A stretch of 64,000 nt of DNA. Origin: Trichoplax adhaerens. Its lineage: Eukaryota > Animalia > Placozoa. The notes beneath the pieces were generated by a model. The model did not search any database. It was not told where the DNA came from and saw only the letters and a program-made list of their open reading frames with translations. The position numbers and the translations under genes are program-made. Each line of letters opens with the position of its first letter. The first letter of the stretch is position 1. The DNA lies in assembly GCF_000150275.1 (NCBI RefSeq), contig NW_002060947.1, positions 2,779,740-2,843,739 on the forward strand, written 5' to 3'. Shown in pieces: positions 29,061 through 43,982 of the stretch.

Positions 29061-32000
29061 ACTACTGGAAACTATATTAAAAATCTATTTCTTTCCAATC
29101 AGGCTCTTACTCCTCAATATCGAGTACAGTAATTTCAAATGTTTGCTCATCAGCTCAGATCGTAGATGAAAATATTCGCAGGACTTCTAATTGTGTCGTT
29201 TTTATACTAATCAAAAAGTTGTTTTCTATGACCACAAGTCAACTAAAAAGAGAGGAAAATTTTAAAAACACAATTAAGCATACTAACTTCCTATTCCTTA
29301 TCGTTGTCATAAATTAAAATGTTAAAATGATTATAAACAGCTCAATAAAATCATCATGTGTTCTGTCATTTTTGTCCTATTCGCATACCTATAATATTTC
29401 TCGGTTTCCAAGGATCTTAAGCAATAAAGAGCCAAAACATAAATACACTGGTATTCTTACGCTACAAGGAAGCTAAAAATTAACAAAGAAATGGAAAATA
29501 TCTGTCATTTTGTCGATGTTTTAGTAATTAATAAAAATATCCTCTGTTAAGTTATAAATACAAGTTTAATATCTATTTTTAAATAGAGTGAAAAAGCTTA
29601 CTGTACATGGATGGAAAGTAATAACTGAAAACTGGTCTATCCCACCAATGTGAAATTTACAATAGCGTAGACTGACTATTGTATAAGGCTGTAATTAACG
29701 CCTTACTCATTCTGCTACCGTACAGTAGAATCACTTTGCTTCGTCAACAGTGGCGACTTACTACATTTTTTATTCTTTAATTGCCTGAATGATTTCTATC
29801 AAGATCATAAAACAATAAAATAATATTAACCAAAACAAGACTTGAAAACGATCGACAACATGTTTACGCTAGCTTGTGATAATAGTTTAAGACAAAGTTT
29901 GCTTTTTACAAGTTACTTTCTAATAGATTTAGTAGATTAAGATATTGCTGGTGATAAAATTCAGGAATATGAGAGTCTGAAGCTTTAACTTATGAGGGTA
30001 TATCTGATTTTATTTCGATAATACGTTAAAGGAGAACTTAATGGAAATAGTAAAGCGTAAATTTAAGAGAAGAAATAGTGATTATCGAATTGGCTTAGTT
30101 AGTCTACTATAATAATAAAATAAAGAAAGGATTTTTCGGTGTGAAACAGCATATGCTTTCCAATGATAATTAATTTAAATAAATCATAGATAACTGATAT
30201 ATTATTATAGCGTTGAGAGGAATACGGTCAAAATTGATAGAAATAATACTTGGTAACAAGGAAGTGCTGCTAAAGGTCACAAGTTAGCAATGACAACAAA
30301 TGTGAGCTAGAGTAATTAATTAATATCTGTCAGTTTAGATTTGATAAAGGCAGATAGAATCATAATAGCTTATAGTTTAGTAACGTATCACGAATACGCG
30401 TTATCTTCGTAGTAGATCAAATTCAGATATTTTTTGCTTTACTGCAGTTAAGTGAGAATAATAAATAGTAGATGGCAGCAACTGTATTTCTTTAACAAGA
30501 CTTACAGTTAATCAATCAATTTATCTAGATTAAATAAAAATTGATAATAATCATATTAAGCTCTAAAGAAATAATTTGGATAGAGCAAGATTAAAAAAAT
30601 TACGAACAGATTATATATAATCTGCAGCCCTGACAAGATCAGCCAGTGTAAGAAAAAGAAATTAAATTTCCTTGTTATTGTACATATATAATAAGAAAAC
30701 GGGTCTAAGAAAGTAACATCTTAGAATTTAATAATAACAAGCATCAAACTATTCCAGTTTGTCTATATTTCTAATATGCAGCCGTTCTATATTATGATTG
30801 TGAATTAGTGATGTAGAAATTTAACACGTTAATGTATGTATAATTAAAGCTGTATACAAATTAAATTGTATAAATAGCAAAAATTAAAAAAAAACACACC
30901 ATCATATGATTAATATGTAACGGATAAATGGATTAATGCTGATTTTTTGGAAATATTTTACTTAAAATAGGGTTTTTATTACAGAAAGACGTACAATCTA
31001 ACTTCATTCATCAAAACTTAAAAGAGAAAGAGTGTAGAAAGGTAGTTACCGTGTGCAAGGATGGATGAAAATTCAAGTTTGTAATAATAATAAAGAGCGC
31101 GTTTTACTCGGTGATATTTGTGTCAATTGCTACAGTTATTTTGCTTACCGTTGAGTTATATAGTAGTTAATCGTAACAGTATAGATCATTAAGTCAATCA
31201 GGATATGTTTGTTTGTAGTATAGATCCAATAAGAAAATTTGAGGAGAGACAAATGGAACAAAACCGATCGCTTAGAAATAGCTCAGCTTTGAACGCCATT
31301 CTATTGGACTTATTTTTGTATTTATCAATTGGTTATTATCCTATTGGTTGAAAGCTTCTGTAAATAATATGGATGGAATAATTTTGGCCCTCCTTATTGA
31401 TTTGTAATTAAATAACATGCATAACAATACAATAGATACAACCGAGGGTTTGCTTAATTACTGATGGAGTTATCAATCATATTTGTAAGGCAATATAATT
31501 CAATTTCGGCTTTACTAAGGCTCTCATCACTTGTTATACTTCTTCGCCTATTATGATTGAAGTAGAATAGACAGATGGAGATAACAAATTGAGATCAACG
31601 TGTGGTAAAATTTGTTGAATAAAGTTCTGAATACCAACACATTAATATGTCTGCCAAATAATTGAATAGCGTACTACCTCTTCGTTCTCCGTCGCCTTAT
31701 TATTTGTTATGAATACTTGTCATTGGTTAAGTTCCTATTACGTAGTATGCAGAATTAGATATTATACTTTAATAGTCTAATAGTTTAAAACAGACCTGTA
31801 ACCAAAATAATGATCGTTGCGTGTCATTCTATTACGTTTATATTTTTAAATAAAATTTTAAAGACTCGAAGAGATATTTGCGATGAACTGAGATTTCTTT
31901 CAGTATATGCGATTATTCTACAATATTTAAAAATCAAAATTCCTTCAATCCATTAAAAACAAAGTCGCTAATGATTTATATTAAAGATGACCACTTATTC

Positions 32001-35000
32001 GAAATCTTCTTTACGTAACCTTCTATTAGTTAGTACTCTAACTGATCATAGTACAGTAAATTTTATGTATACCATTCATTAGTAAGCTATTGTCAAAATT
32101 TTTAGATTGTAGTGTAATAGGGAGGGGGTAAGTTAAAAGAAAAGCTCTTTTGATCAAGGCAGACTTAATTAATTTAAACAAACGACACTGATTTTACTGA
32201 TATTACGTGAGCTAATATTTTGTTGTAAAAGCATAGCTTTAGAAGAATTCTTGATGTGATTCTTAAATTTGAAAAATATTCTTCTGTAACTGGTAAATCA
32301 ATAATTTGTTTATAGGGATATTGCTTCTTGTAATTTCATTCCTGCCTTTAGTTAGATCAGTATGAGAAAGTAGACTTATATTTGTGAGTAACTTAAATCA
32401 AATTAAAATATAATAATTATAATGTGATATAAATAGTATAAATCAATAAATTTACGTTAAAAACCGTAGGACACCAACAAATGCTAGTGCTGTAGAATTT
32501 GGTTAACATTACAGCCACTAAATTATTCTTCGATCGCTGTTATGAGTCATTAGTTTGGTAATTAACTTTTTTATCGTATGGTCACTTTTCTCATAGAATT
32601 ATTACTGCATAACTGGGTGTTTTGGATGTAATTAGAAGCGTTAGAGTAGTTCCTATCAGTGTAATGCTCTTGTTGAATTAATGATTAGGTCGAGAGAAAA
32701 TCACTCTTCTTACGCCTTTAGTAATTTTCATAATTGCTGACGCATTATTTTACTTTTTCAATCTTCAATTAAATCGGCTTAACTATAGAATTGATTAAGG
32801 TAGAGATGACATTTCTTGTCGATAATGATTTGATCGTATCATATACCATACATACATGAGTATATTGACATTGCTGATACGATGCTGTATTACAGTTCTG
32901 CTTTTAATAAGCTTTAACACCTTCATTTTGAGAGCCTTTGGGTTACTGCAATTCTATATTTAACCATTTTAAATTAATGAGCAGAATATACTTGATAGAA
33001 TTGTTACAGTATACGAGTACTGCTATTGCAAAATAAAAATATCAATTTATGCTATCAGATATCACGTAAAGAGAGTTTAGAATCGTTGCACATGGAAATA
33101 AATCGAAATACTGCTACATGCTACAGTAAAGAAAGACAATTATAAATGAGAAGATTTTCATGGTGTTGCATAGATGATATCATTGACGATTACAAAACTA
33201 TTTGTAGATGTTCGTTGTTAAAGCAACAAATAACCAAATTTTACTAAGTTATACAGGAGTAAAGACACTTAGAAAATTTTAATAAAGTTTGTTCAGTAAA
33301 TTCGGAATTCGCTACTCTATGACAAGAACTAGCATACAGCTATACCCGGAGCTAATGGCGTCTTCGCATAGTTACACGTAATATTTCATTTCATTACTAG
33401 TGATACTGATTTGGATTAGGAAAGCATCAGGTCTTAGAGAAAAAAGTAACAAAATATGTGTTAGCAACTAGATGTTTATATGCAGCAAAAAATTGGGTGG
33501 TAGCAGTTAAGTGCTGATCTATAAGGCAAACGTACGAATACATTCCATTGATGAGTAAGCTAAAATTTCACAGGCTCACTGCAATGTTTAATCTACAGTA
33601 TAAGAGTGTATGACTCAAATCATTACTAATACATGTTCATCTATGCGATATATTATAATTATCGGCAATATTATAAAGACACAGTACGCGGTCGGAAGCA
33701 TAGTGACGTTTACAGGATAAAGAGTTATTGTTTTTAGGTTAGTGAACTAAATCTTGTTGTGCAACAGCAGTCTACGAAGCAACTCCCTTGTAAGATAACC
33801 TGTAATCGCCTGCATTGCAAATTCTTTCGTGGATGTTTAAGCTACTACCATGAAAGACTTAAATATTATTAGGCTGCAGTTTTATGTATTATCGTACTAC
33901 TATCGTTTCTTCCTTTAAATTCATACTGATATTCAAGCTTTTAAACTAGTAGTTTAAGAATCTAGGTTACTACGCTGCAATTAATTGATTATCCTTTCAT
34001 CATAGCCGATGAATTTATTTGACCTTTGGCACAGTATTTCAATTCTTATGATTCTAATATAAATACTTAGTGGTAAGCGAGAGAACGAAAAATTAAGATA
34101 CCAACTTTTATAAGGTTAAAGATGTAGGTGCCATATATGCTGGCATATCACCGATGACTGATAAAATTGTCATCTACTTCTATTACTGCCTAATTCACTT
34201 ACTAGATATCGAAAAAAACTGCAAGTATTTGATTTATATGCAGTAATTAATCTATCAGATTCTGAAATATTGACTTTTCTAAAATACTCTAGCGGAGATT
34301 TCTTTGACATATGATCTTAATCTCTTTGATATTATAAAATATTAATTATAAATCAAATTAACATTATCGATCATTGAGGATGAAACTTTGTAAAGTTGTT
34401 TTAGTGAAGTGGCTGTATACTTCAATGCAAAAGTTTCCACAGCTGCGTGAGAAATTTTTAATTAATGACTCATCAAGGCATTTATTGGTAAAGTTAGTTA
34501 TTCTCCTCATGTTATTATAACTAATTACAACGATTCATTAGCAAACTTATAATGGCCATTTATTTATTAGGTCAATAATATAATTTAAGCCATCGATACA
34601 TTCAGTATCTTTTGCTGTGTTATCTGTGAAATGGCGCATCAATTAATTGTTCACGGTTTATTCTTGTTAGGAGAGTAAATTAATTTATGTTAATTGCGTT
34701 GATGATTAGGAATGTACACATAACAACTTGTCGATCACATGATTATTTACATCACGTTCAGTAACGTTGTAAAGATACTGCGATAAGATATTGTCCACCA
34801 TTGTTACGAAGTCGATTAATATTGAACATGTTGAAATGTTTCAGATTCTCTATCATATATCTCTATGAGGCCATTATGCAGGCAATTATCTTAAATTAGA
34901 AGCAAAATATGAATTCAAAATAGATGATGTTATTGGATACGATTAGCTATTGAAGCTATAGAATAACTATCGAAATGTGTCATCAAGCTGCAAGCGCTCG

Positions 35001-38000
35001 CATGCATTCTACTGTAGTATTTGATCAAACATGAAAAAGAGAAGAAGATTGTATACCGTGTAAATGGAATATTGCTTCAGAAGAAGATAAAATCAGACAT
35101 TAATCCTACAGATGACGTAGCAATGTATTCGATTGCGTCTAATAATAAAATTTATACTCGACCTATTGCGCAGTTAGCACTAAGGTTCCTTTTGGTAGTG
35201 ACTGTCACGGTGACCAATATTATTTAACGAAGCTTCGATCAAATAAGCAAAATACTAGGTCTGCATAAGTAATGCTCATAAAGTGTTATTTTGATGTAAT
35301 ATATTTGGAGCTTGTTCCTCACGGTAAAAATGAAATCGATAGAATATAAGGTTGATAACTCAGAGTACATGAAAACATTTTAATTAGGATAAGTGAGATA
35401 CATTTATTCTATTTGACGTGGTATGGCTATCCAACAGATAATATTGCCGATCTATACAATCGTATAAACATTGATAGTTCACAGATAGGACGAGAGAAAT
35501 TAAACGTTATGATTATATGGAGTACTTGCAATACTGATAGAAACACGTACTACATTATGATTGACCATTAATTACTCAAATTTCCAGTATTGTAGCTACC
35601 TAGACAAACTTAATTGGTTTGTTTGAAAAGGAAGGAAATATCAGTCATGATAGAGTATCAAAGATTCTATTCGAGTTTGTGTTGATTTTTATCCTGTCAT
35701 CTTTATACCGAAGGAAAGCATATCAGTGTTGTATATCATCTATGAAATCAAAGCAATAAAATTAATCATATACCTAAAGTAAAGAGCGTCTAAATGTTTT
35801 CTGTTATAACTCTTTATTTAAGTCAGAGCAGCATTGAATAATATAGAATACAATAGATTGCATGATTATTCAATTTAGGTTTCACACTGCCTTTTCGATA
35901 ACGTCCAAAAGTATAATTATTGCCATATTTTAAGTTCGTGTTCCTATTGGGTATGTTAATAAGATATTACAGTTCATAATGACATGGTTTGACATTTGCA
36001 TATGATCATGAAGCTAACATGTCTACTTAAAAATAATTCTTTATTATACATAATTAGCTTATGGAACAAAATGACTGCATCAATGAAATTTCGTTTCTAT
36101 AGATTTAAAAAAATTTTATGCAGTGTGCTCGTATTACAAGATATGCAACAGCAATTAACTTGAGACATTTACTTAAAAAGACTTGTTATCATCAAGCTAA
36201 GCATAAGATGTTTACTTACTAACGGCACTTCTTTACAAAAAGTTTATCTAAATAATGCAGGACACTATCTAAATGGCTACAACATAACCGGATTAGGTCA
36301 TCGTACTCTACTTTCGTGTACTATGGTGTACTTTGCTCAATGTTAAAATCTTGATATCAGCAGCCGTTGACATATTGAATATAAGAGAATGATATCATTA
36401 TACTGAGTGATAGTATATTATAGGAATCCGTCTAAAGGGCGCCTTGTTTTAGACATGTGTGCTAGTATTTTGAACAGATATATCATAGAAAACCTAACCC
36501 ACGACAAAAAGCTGAAAAATACTTTTATTTACGTATAAAAAGGAGAGATTGTAAATAAACAATCCATAAAATTATAAAGCAGAAGACTGCACTCACAACG
36601 TATAAGAATTGATGTGATTCATGAAACATCTGATATTACAATATATAAGCAGTAGTGACACATGAAACATAGTATGAGAATGGAACTGGAGAGAAGAAGT
36701 GGCAAACATTACCACTGTGTATTGTTTTAACAGACTACTAAAGCTAATCAATCTATAAAGATAGTCTTTCTTAATAGCTCAGATGTATGGTGAAAGAGAA
36801 TATTCTGCTGAAATCAGCTACTACAGCTCTTGCTATTCACTACGATGATAAACAATTTTATCATCTTTCCGCTTATTGTCATGACCAGTGAAAAAGTGAA
36901 ATCTCGAATACTATTGTAAAGATAATCCTAAAGTGAATACACAATGCGATGAAGAAGATTATTTACTAGTATAAAGTTAACTCTGCAAAAGAATAAATTA
37001 ATGTCTTTTATGATCATACAATGTCAATATGAAATTAACATGATATGCGGCTTTATGATAAAAAAACAAGTTTAGCCACTTTATTTTATTTATTGATGAC
37101 GTTTTTATACGATAAATAAAGGCTTACTTTTTCGAAGCATGTTTACGACAGTTATAAGTCAACAAATCTTGGAGTATTTTTCGGTTTTGATGCATGACAC
37201 ATACATTAATAGTTGGGATCGTTATAAGTCAATGCTAATAACAATCACTAATCGTATAAAATTAATAAGTTAGTTAAGGTAATCGGAAATGCAGTTAATT
37301 CTGGATTTTAGGGGTGTGGATGATCGTTTTAGCTGCACTGTATTTTGTAAAACCTCCGCCTTGAAATCTTAAGCTATCACGTAATTAAAGAGGTGGCAGT
37401 TTCAACTAAACAGTGAACCTAATTGAATCAGTAATATGATATAACTAAATGCGATTTGTAAATACAGTAATTTTATTAGTTAAATTGATAAATTTTTATA
37501 GCTTTAATGTGTAATACTTTGCTTTTACAATTGAATTAGATTTAATTCTATCATAATGACACGTAGTTATATGATAATAGCAATAGAATATTTGTGATGT
37601 CAGGGTTAGAACAAGTGGATATTTTAGCTTCTGGCAATTATTCTTGTTAATAGAAATATTAGATATCTGATGGCATTACTTGATTATAAACCAAATGTAT
37701 TCTAGATATGTGCAGAGTAATATGTTATATCTTTGGATCGTTGAAAGAATCAAATATGACATTTATACATGACATTAGAACTGAGTAAGTTAATTATTTT
37801 TTTATATTAATTATTGATGGAATAGTTCTAATTACGAGAATGTTGGCTAGTGCTGGCTTCTATCCTAACTTAAGTTCAAAATAGGCTTAATGGCAATTAG
37901 ATTATTTCCCAAAATATAGTAAATTCATTATGAATGAATTTAGTGTATTGTTCTATCGAGAAATGTGAATTTCATTCTTTGCATTTATTAGCGCTTTCCT

Positions 38001-41000
38001 GTTAACTTCAGAGTCGATTAATTATGGCAGTTAATTTGCGCTCATAGATAGTATTGAAAGGTATTTGCGGCAATTAACAGGACTGTACATATCTTCATTC
38101 AAGTTTGGTACCTGATTAAAGATTCCCAATGTATTACTTAAACAGGAGCGATTTCTTATCCTAAAGTACTTTTAAATAGCTTTATCTACCTTTAGATTGA
38201 TTTTAAACATTTTGACCTTTCTAACTTAAATGTATCTTAAATTTAAGGCTAAACGTTTAGTTTTTAATTTAAATAAAATTAAATACGAAATTATAGAAAT
38301 CGGCTCATGGACGTACATAGAATCTAATTGAATGATATGAAAACGTGCTCTATTTTCCTACATAATTCAATGGATATTTGTATCACATAAGTATTTTGTA
38401 ATTATTTTTAATTGACATATGGTCTTATTATAATAATATACCGTAAAATCTAAATCTATCTACCGCCTGGTTTATATTTCCAGTAAATGATCATAAGCTA
38501 TTAGGTAGACTTAATAGAAATTTTTTTCATCAATTAATTTTATTATTATTATATGAGAAACTTTTTAAAATGCTGAATTTATGAGGCAAACATCGCTCCC
38601 AGAACTCTCGATATTTAGAATAATACATTCTCAAGAGTTAAACAATAGTCATACAGGGTGATTTCGAAAGTATGAAATCAAACTATGCTACACTGAAGCT
38701 AAGACTAAGGCTTGAGACAAATTTGGTGTATTGTGATACTTCTTAATAAGACATACAACCTTCGGGTAATCTTATCTGCGCTACCCTTTATTGTGCTACT
38801 TTTTGAACTTCCTTATAAAAATTTATTTGGACGGTAATTAAATGTTTTCCTAACGTCATAGTAATAAAGTATTGTATATCTAGTATGTTAGTTAATGAAC
38901 GGAATTAATAAGAATTACTAGTTGCCAAACATGAAAATAGTAACAATAATCATTAGATGGCCTTTAAGACATACTTAAAAGCGATAATTAAGTTAATATT
39001 TACGCAAATATCGCAATTCTGAGCAAGGTAAGTGTTGATGATGTTTTGTTCGAAAATTTCACATCCTTAACTTAATTTAGATATTGCTATAGTGAATGAT
39101 GAAATTCTGTATTAACTGAATCAATAATATTGGTAAATTTATGCTTTATCAGCTAATATTATACGCGTAAAATAAAAGTTATATTCTGTGTACACTGTAT
39201 CTCTACAATTTTTGTAACATAGAATACTGGCATATTCTATCGTTCATTAAATTAAATAATTTTATTTCTTTAGTTGTATATACAGCATAAAGTACAATTA
39301 AATTTAATTTTATTATCATTGAGGCAACTAGAACTTTTTAGTCCGAACTGTCATTTGTTAATATACCTAGTATTTATTTACTGTATTAGTATAAATTATA
39401 TACTGAAGATGCTATGCGCAGATATAAATTCGTATCACCTTACATTCAGGAAAATTGCAGCACAACTAACATAGTTGTATCCGATAACTAAAGTAGGGTA
39501 TCGCCTTGAACAGTTTTATTAGTATCTGGTGTAAAGTATATTATACTTCGATATCTCATATTATATATGGGCATGACTTTTGTAGCTGTGTAGGTAATTA
39601 TGATATGTGCATATTTCAGGCACTGATAAGAATGGTAACATGATACTGGGTGCATATGTTAACATATACATAAGCGTATGCTTTAGTATACATTACGCAA
39701 AATTAAAGTTTGGCGCAACGAAGGAAATTTATCGCTATGTAGATGTAAAAGTGTGAGTACGATACGATTATTTTAGAGTGTAAAGAACTATTTTAATTTA
39801 TAAGAAAATGCTAAGCAAAATTTAATATAAGTTCTGATCGGTATACATACCGTAATGTATGAGTAACAAATACCTGCCATTTCAAGGTAATGGAATGCAG
39901 TCTTTTATGTTATTGTTAATCAAGGATTTCTACAAGGAATACAGTATAGTATAAGTCAAACTCGCAAATACATTTTATTATATCACAGTACCTGTATTAC
40001 TATATCGGTGGTTTAAGTATATATCCTCAGAGCTAGTTTCTCTAGATTAGGAGCTCGACAATAAGCGATATCGTATTGTATTTATCAGATAATCTATCAT
40101 TAATAAATTGGACTTTAATGCTCTACGAGCATGCTATATTTTATGTGATAACTAAATTTTCTATGCGTTTTTCATTCTCGTAAAGTGTTTACCTAATGTG
40201 CAATTAAATACGGTACTCGTATGTAACGAGATACGATTTTGACTTTATAACTTTAAAGTTTTTAATTGTATTAATTTAAGAAGTTAAGTGAGGATAATAA
40301 TCCATGACAACGGATTACCTTATCAACATAAACATAGATAAATTTCTACTTCTTTCGAATGCATGGAAACAATGACAATTACGTGTAGTAATATAGATTA
40401 AAAATTTATCAGGTATTCACGTAGCTTAAATGACACTTTTGTATGAGATAAGTGCATCTGTGCTACGTCAAGTTGTTCATGCATATGTAAATACAAGTTC
40501 ATAGTCCATTAACTGCACACAATAATGCAAAGCTTTCGTTGTATGATACTCGATGCGTTATTGATTATTTTATTTATTAATCCATACCTGATCTCAGTTG
40601 ATTTGTAGAAAATTGAACCATTAGAAGTTAATAATTCATATGGAAACATACACTAGCGTGGTATGAAGTTATCTAGACTGTAATGCCGTACCGGTATATT
40701 GCATAAGGTTACCGATTATTATTATAATAGGAAGTTTTACCTGTAAGCGCGTCTTCTGGTGTATATTTCGTCTTGACCTTCATCGATATCAAGCTTAATT
40801 CTACGAAATTTTATACCCGGTGAATTGATACAGGTAAGACTTTACACAGTCTGATTTAGTGTGTCTGAATTGATCAAATAGCTATTTTTTTTTTGTCCCT
40901 ATTACCTACGAATTTGGCTAGCAATGTTTACGGTATGTTGTAGCACTGTAGTTAATTAACCAGTTGCCAAATTGAAACTATATCGAAGATATACCACTGC

Positions 41001-42163
41001 TTAATATCGAAATCATGTTACTTTTGAAGATATGTATCCATTTTTGTTATAAGGCACGATAAAGTGCTGCACAATTAGTACAGTGGTAAATTTTACTTTG
41101 CCTTTATTTGATTTTTATCTACGTTAGATAGTTTTTTACTGTTTTAATATAAAAGATTTAAGTACTAAACAGTGTAATTCGACTGTAGAAAGTGTCAACT
41201 TAATTTGTTTCATGCATATTAAAAGGCACTATTGTAACTATACTTCGGCGAGCTTACTAGGTATGCGCTTAATTAATGGCAACGATTTTTGTAGATCATC
41301 TATAATAATTTCTCTGGAGAGAAAAAATCTGTGATGCAGTAATATTCGTAGATTACGATTATGTCGTGGATTACGTACGAGCAATTATGCGATACTGTAG
41401 TGCTCCATTTATAGTAATCCATGATTTAAATACGTACAGTATACGCTAAACTGCAATAAACGAAGGCACCGAGTGATTGTAAATCACTGATAACATCTAA
41501 TAGCCACAGCGTTAATAGTGTTTTGGCCAGTATCTTCCAATTTGGAGTCAAGTAGGTTCTTGTACGTACATTTGTGATGAGTTTCGCGTTAGGCTATCGA
41601 TGTAAGATTGGATGTTATGTTCGATGAGCTACAGGATATCAGCAGCTGTAGTTATTAATTAATTAATTATTCGTATACTGTATGAATTGAATATGAATTA
41701 GTCGATCCCTCGCTTGTTATACTTCGCGTGCTATACGAGTATACTGTACCAGCTGTACTTATACCTTACTGCGTTTTCATGTTTACAGTAAAGGAATTCT
41801 TTGAGATTTTGAATCCTGATATAGTATAAAACTGGATATGGCACGCTTCTATTCGCAAGCTAATCAGTATAAAGTATCAACTTGTTATTCAATATGCACT
41901 TTATGAACTGTACTGATCTATAGCAATTGTGCTGCATTGACATTCAACTGAATAAGAAATTTTGGGTTGAATCTGTAAAAGTGGGTTGAGAGCTTTACTG
42001 GACGTAGCCATTAGGGTCTATTGACTTATCAATTAATAGTAAAAATCGAGTGATTCGTCTATACATGACGCTCATGAAGTTACTGGCTCGGTATGAATGA
42101 AATGACACACGAATCGAAATTACGAAATTATGAACTCTGTCTCGATTTTCCTGCTAAAGGCTA

Positions 42164-42440
42164 CATACAGTACTGTACTGTAGTGTAAGTGCGTGCTCCG
42201 ATTTGCTACGAGATACCGTAGTGACGGAACTGTACTGTACTGTACTGTATAACCATTGTACTGTACAGTGTACAGTACAGTACAATATAAGCTTATCTAC
42301 AGTACAGTACTGTAAACTGGTGTACAGTACTGTACTGTATGTTACGAATAATCACAGGAATCATACTGTATCATGAGTCTATGTCTTTACTGTCTGATAT
42401 ACAGTATGTACTGTACAGTAGTTAAGAACATACGTACAGT
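42164..42440. repeat. TACAG/CTGTA pentamer array with orientation switches
   Basis: Examples: tacagtactgtactgta, actgtactgtactgtactgta, gtacagtacagtaca, tgtacagtactgtactgta. Confidence 0.9.
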
Positions 42441-42465
42441 ACCCGGTAAGGAGAAGAATTATGGT

Positions 42466-42709
42466 TAAAAGAAAAAGGGAAAGGAACAGGGAACGGTCGT
42501 TCAGTATGATAAAATGAGGGAGCTGACTATTTTACTGGCCATTTTAACTGAACCATATGCGTCAAACGGTAACTGTCCATGGCTGTGAACTTGCCATCCA
42601 AATTGGCCGCTTGATTAATTTTGTTCTCATTACAGTATACTGTATATTTCATTATTTTGCACTAAACGGACAGTAATCGTCCCTCTGTCTTTCTACTGGT
42701 GTAGTCGCT
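42466..42709 (+). mobile_element. Degenerate copy of the MITE-like element at 62385-62689
   Basis: taaaagaaaaagggaaaggaacagggaacggtcgttc...gctgactatttttactggccattttaactg...aaacggtaactgt...tccaaattggccgct aligns collinearly with 62395-62541. The right end ccctctgtctttctactggtgtagtc resembles the right TIR. Confidence 0.7.
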
Positions 42710-42914
42710 CTTAAATAGTGCACGGCTCTAACTTGAGCACTAGCCCCAGGCTAGTGAGGACGAATCTCATGTAAAAGTGGTGTCAATATATTCAGCGTGG
42801 CTATTATTATTAGCTTAATGAATGAATGAAGAGTGTGACCAAAACCACCAATCAGCAACGATTTCGTCGGGTCGTATCGCTCGTATGATCACGACCTTCG
42901 TTCTATTGTTTATA

Positions 42915-43085
42915 CTACTGTAAAGTGAGACTGTACAGTACTGTACTTCAAAATTGACACGTGTACAACATACAAAGTATGTACTGTACACTGTACAATA
43001 CTACAGTACTGTATACTGTACTGTACTGTACAGTACTGTAAAGTCCAGTACACACTACGATACAATGTACTGTAAAGTACAGTAT
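42915..43085. repeat. TACAG/CTGTA pentamer array upstream of the NRPS-like gene
   Basis: actgtacagtactgtac, tacagtactgtatactgtactgtactgtacagtactgta. Confidence 0.9.
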
Positions 43086-43982
43086 TTTAACCTTTAAAGA
43101 TAGTTTACCAATGGCAGCAGCAAGTTGCAGATCGTTTTGTATCCGCATGGTCAAAACCTGAAGCAAATCCCACCATAAAGTACTTTGCTTTCGGCATCAA
43201 CTGTCTTGTGTGGTAGTGGTATATTTTACGAAAAATACGCTAATAAAAAGGAACAGTGGGACTCGCATAAATAGGTATAAAATTGTAATTTAATGCTAAT
43301 ATTTATTATAGAATTTGAAAGATTGCAAACAGACACTATTCGAATGGAGATTAACAAGGGTGGCAACTAATGAAACTGATATGATTCCTTAGCAACTTAC
43401 TTAATCCGATTTCTTACATGTGAATGTTGATTTGCATGTAGGATAATATAATCGGTTCAAAATTTTTTCATTATCCTAACATATTTCTTATTAGAGGACT
43501 ACGTATTTAGATATTCTGACAAGTAGCAATTAGCGTGTACGATTTTGATTTTAGCAGAATCCTGAATGGAATAAATTAGTCTCTAGAATGAAATATATGT
43601 GTAGATCGACATAAGCGATTGAGAGAGTACAATACACTAGTAGATTGGTTCAGAATACGCATACTGAAAAGGATGAAATATCTGCACTTTCACGCATAAG
43701 TAGAATGATCGCGCTTAGCTAATATCAAAATATTAATCTATATGCTACAGTTTGGCTCATTTCATGCAAGAAAGTACTATGTAAATCCAATCTACTCGTA
43801 TCGCACATTGTTGTCCTTATGCATTTGCGTATGCATTAGTAATGTACAGTATTATGCACCCTGCTAGAAGTTGTTTATATTATTGTAAATCTCCATACCT
43901 GACTAATTATAAATATAAAATAATTGTCGTGTTCTATATGTTTCGTTTATTTGAATGCGCTCTCGTTAATTAGGTACAGAAA

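Noticed and set aside
42728-42738. 11-mer taacttgagca shared in reverse complement with ~57756
   Set aside because: A single short match is plausible by chance.
42164-43085. Repeat clusters as a CRISPR array or telomeric repeat
   Set aside because: There is no constant repeat-spacer period or cas gene, the context is eukaryotic, and the units switch strand and are not TTAGGG-like.
43343-43360. Upstream ATG (MEINK) as the first coding exon of the ATRR-like gene
   Set aside because: The available donor is weak, and its phase leads to a stop in the next exon, so 43983 was kept as the start.
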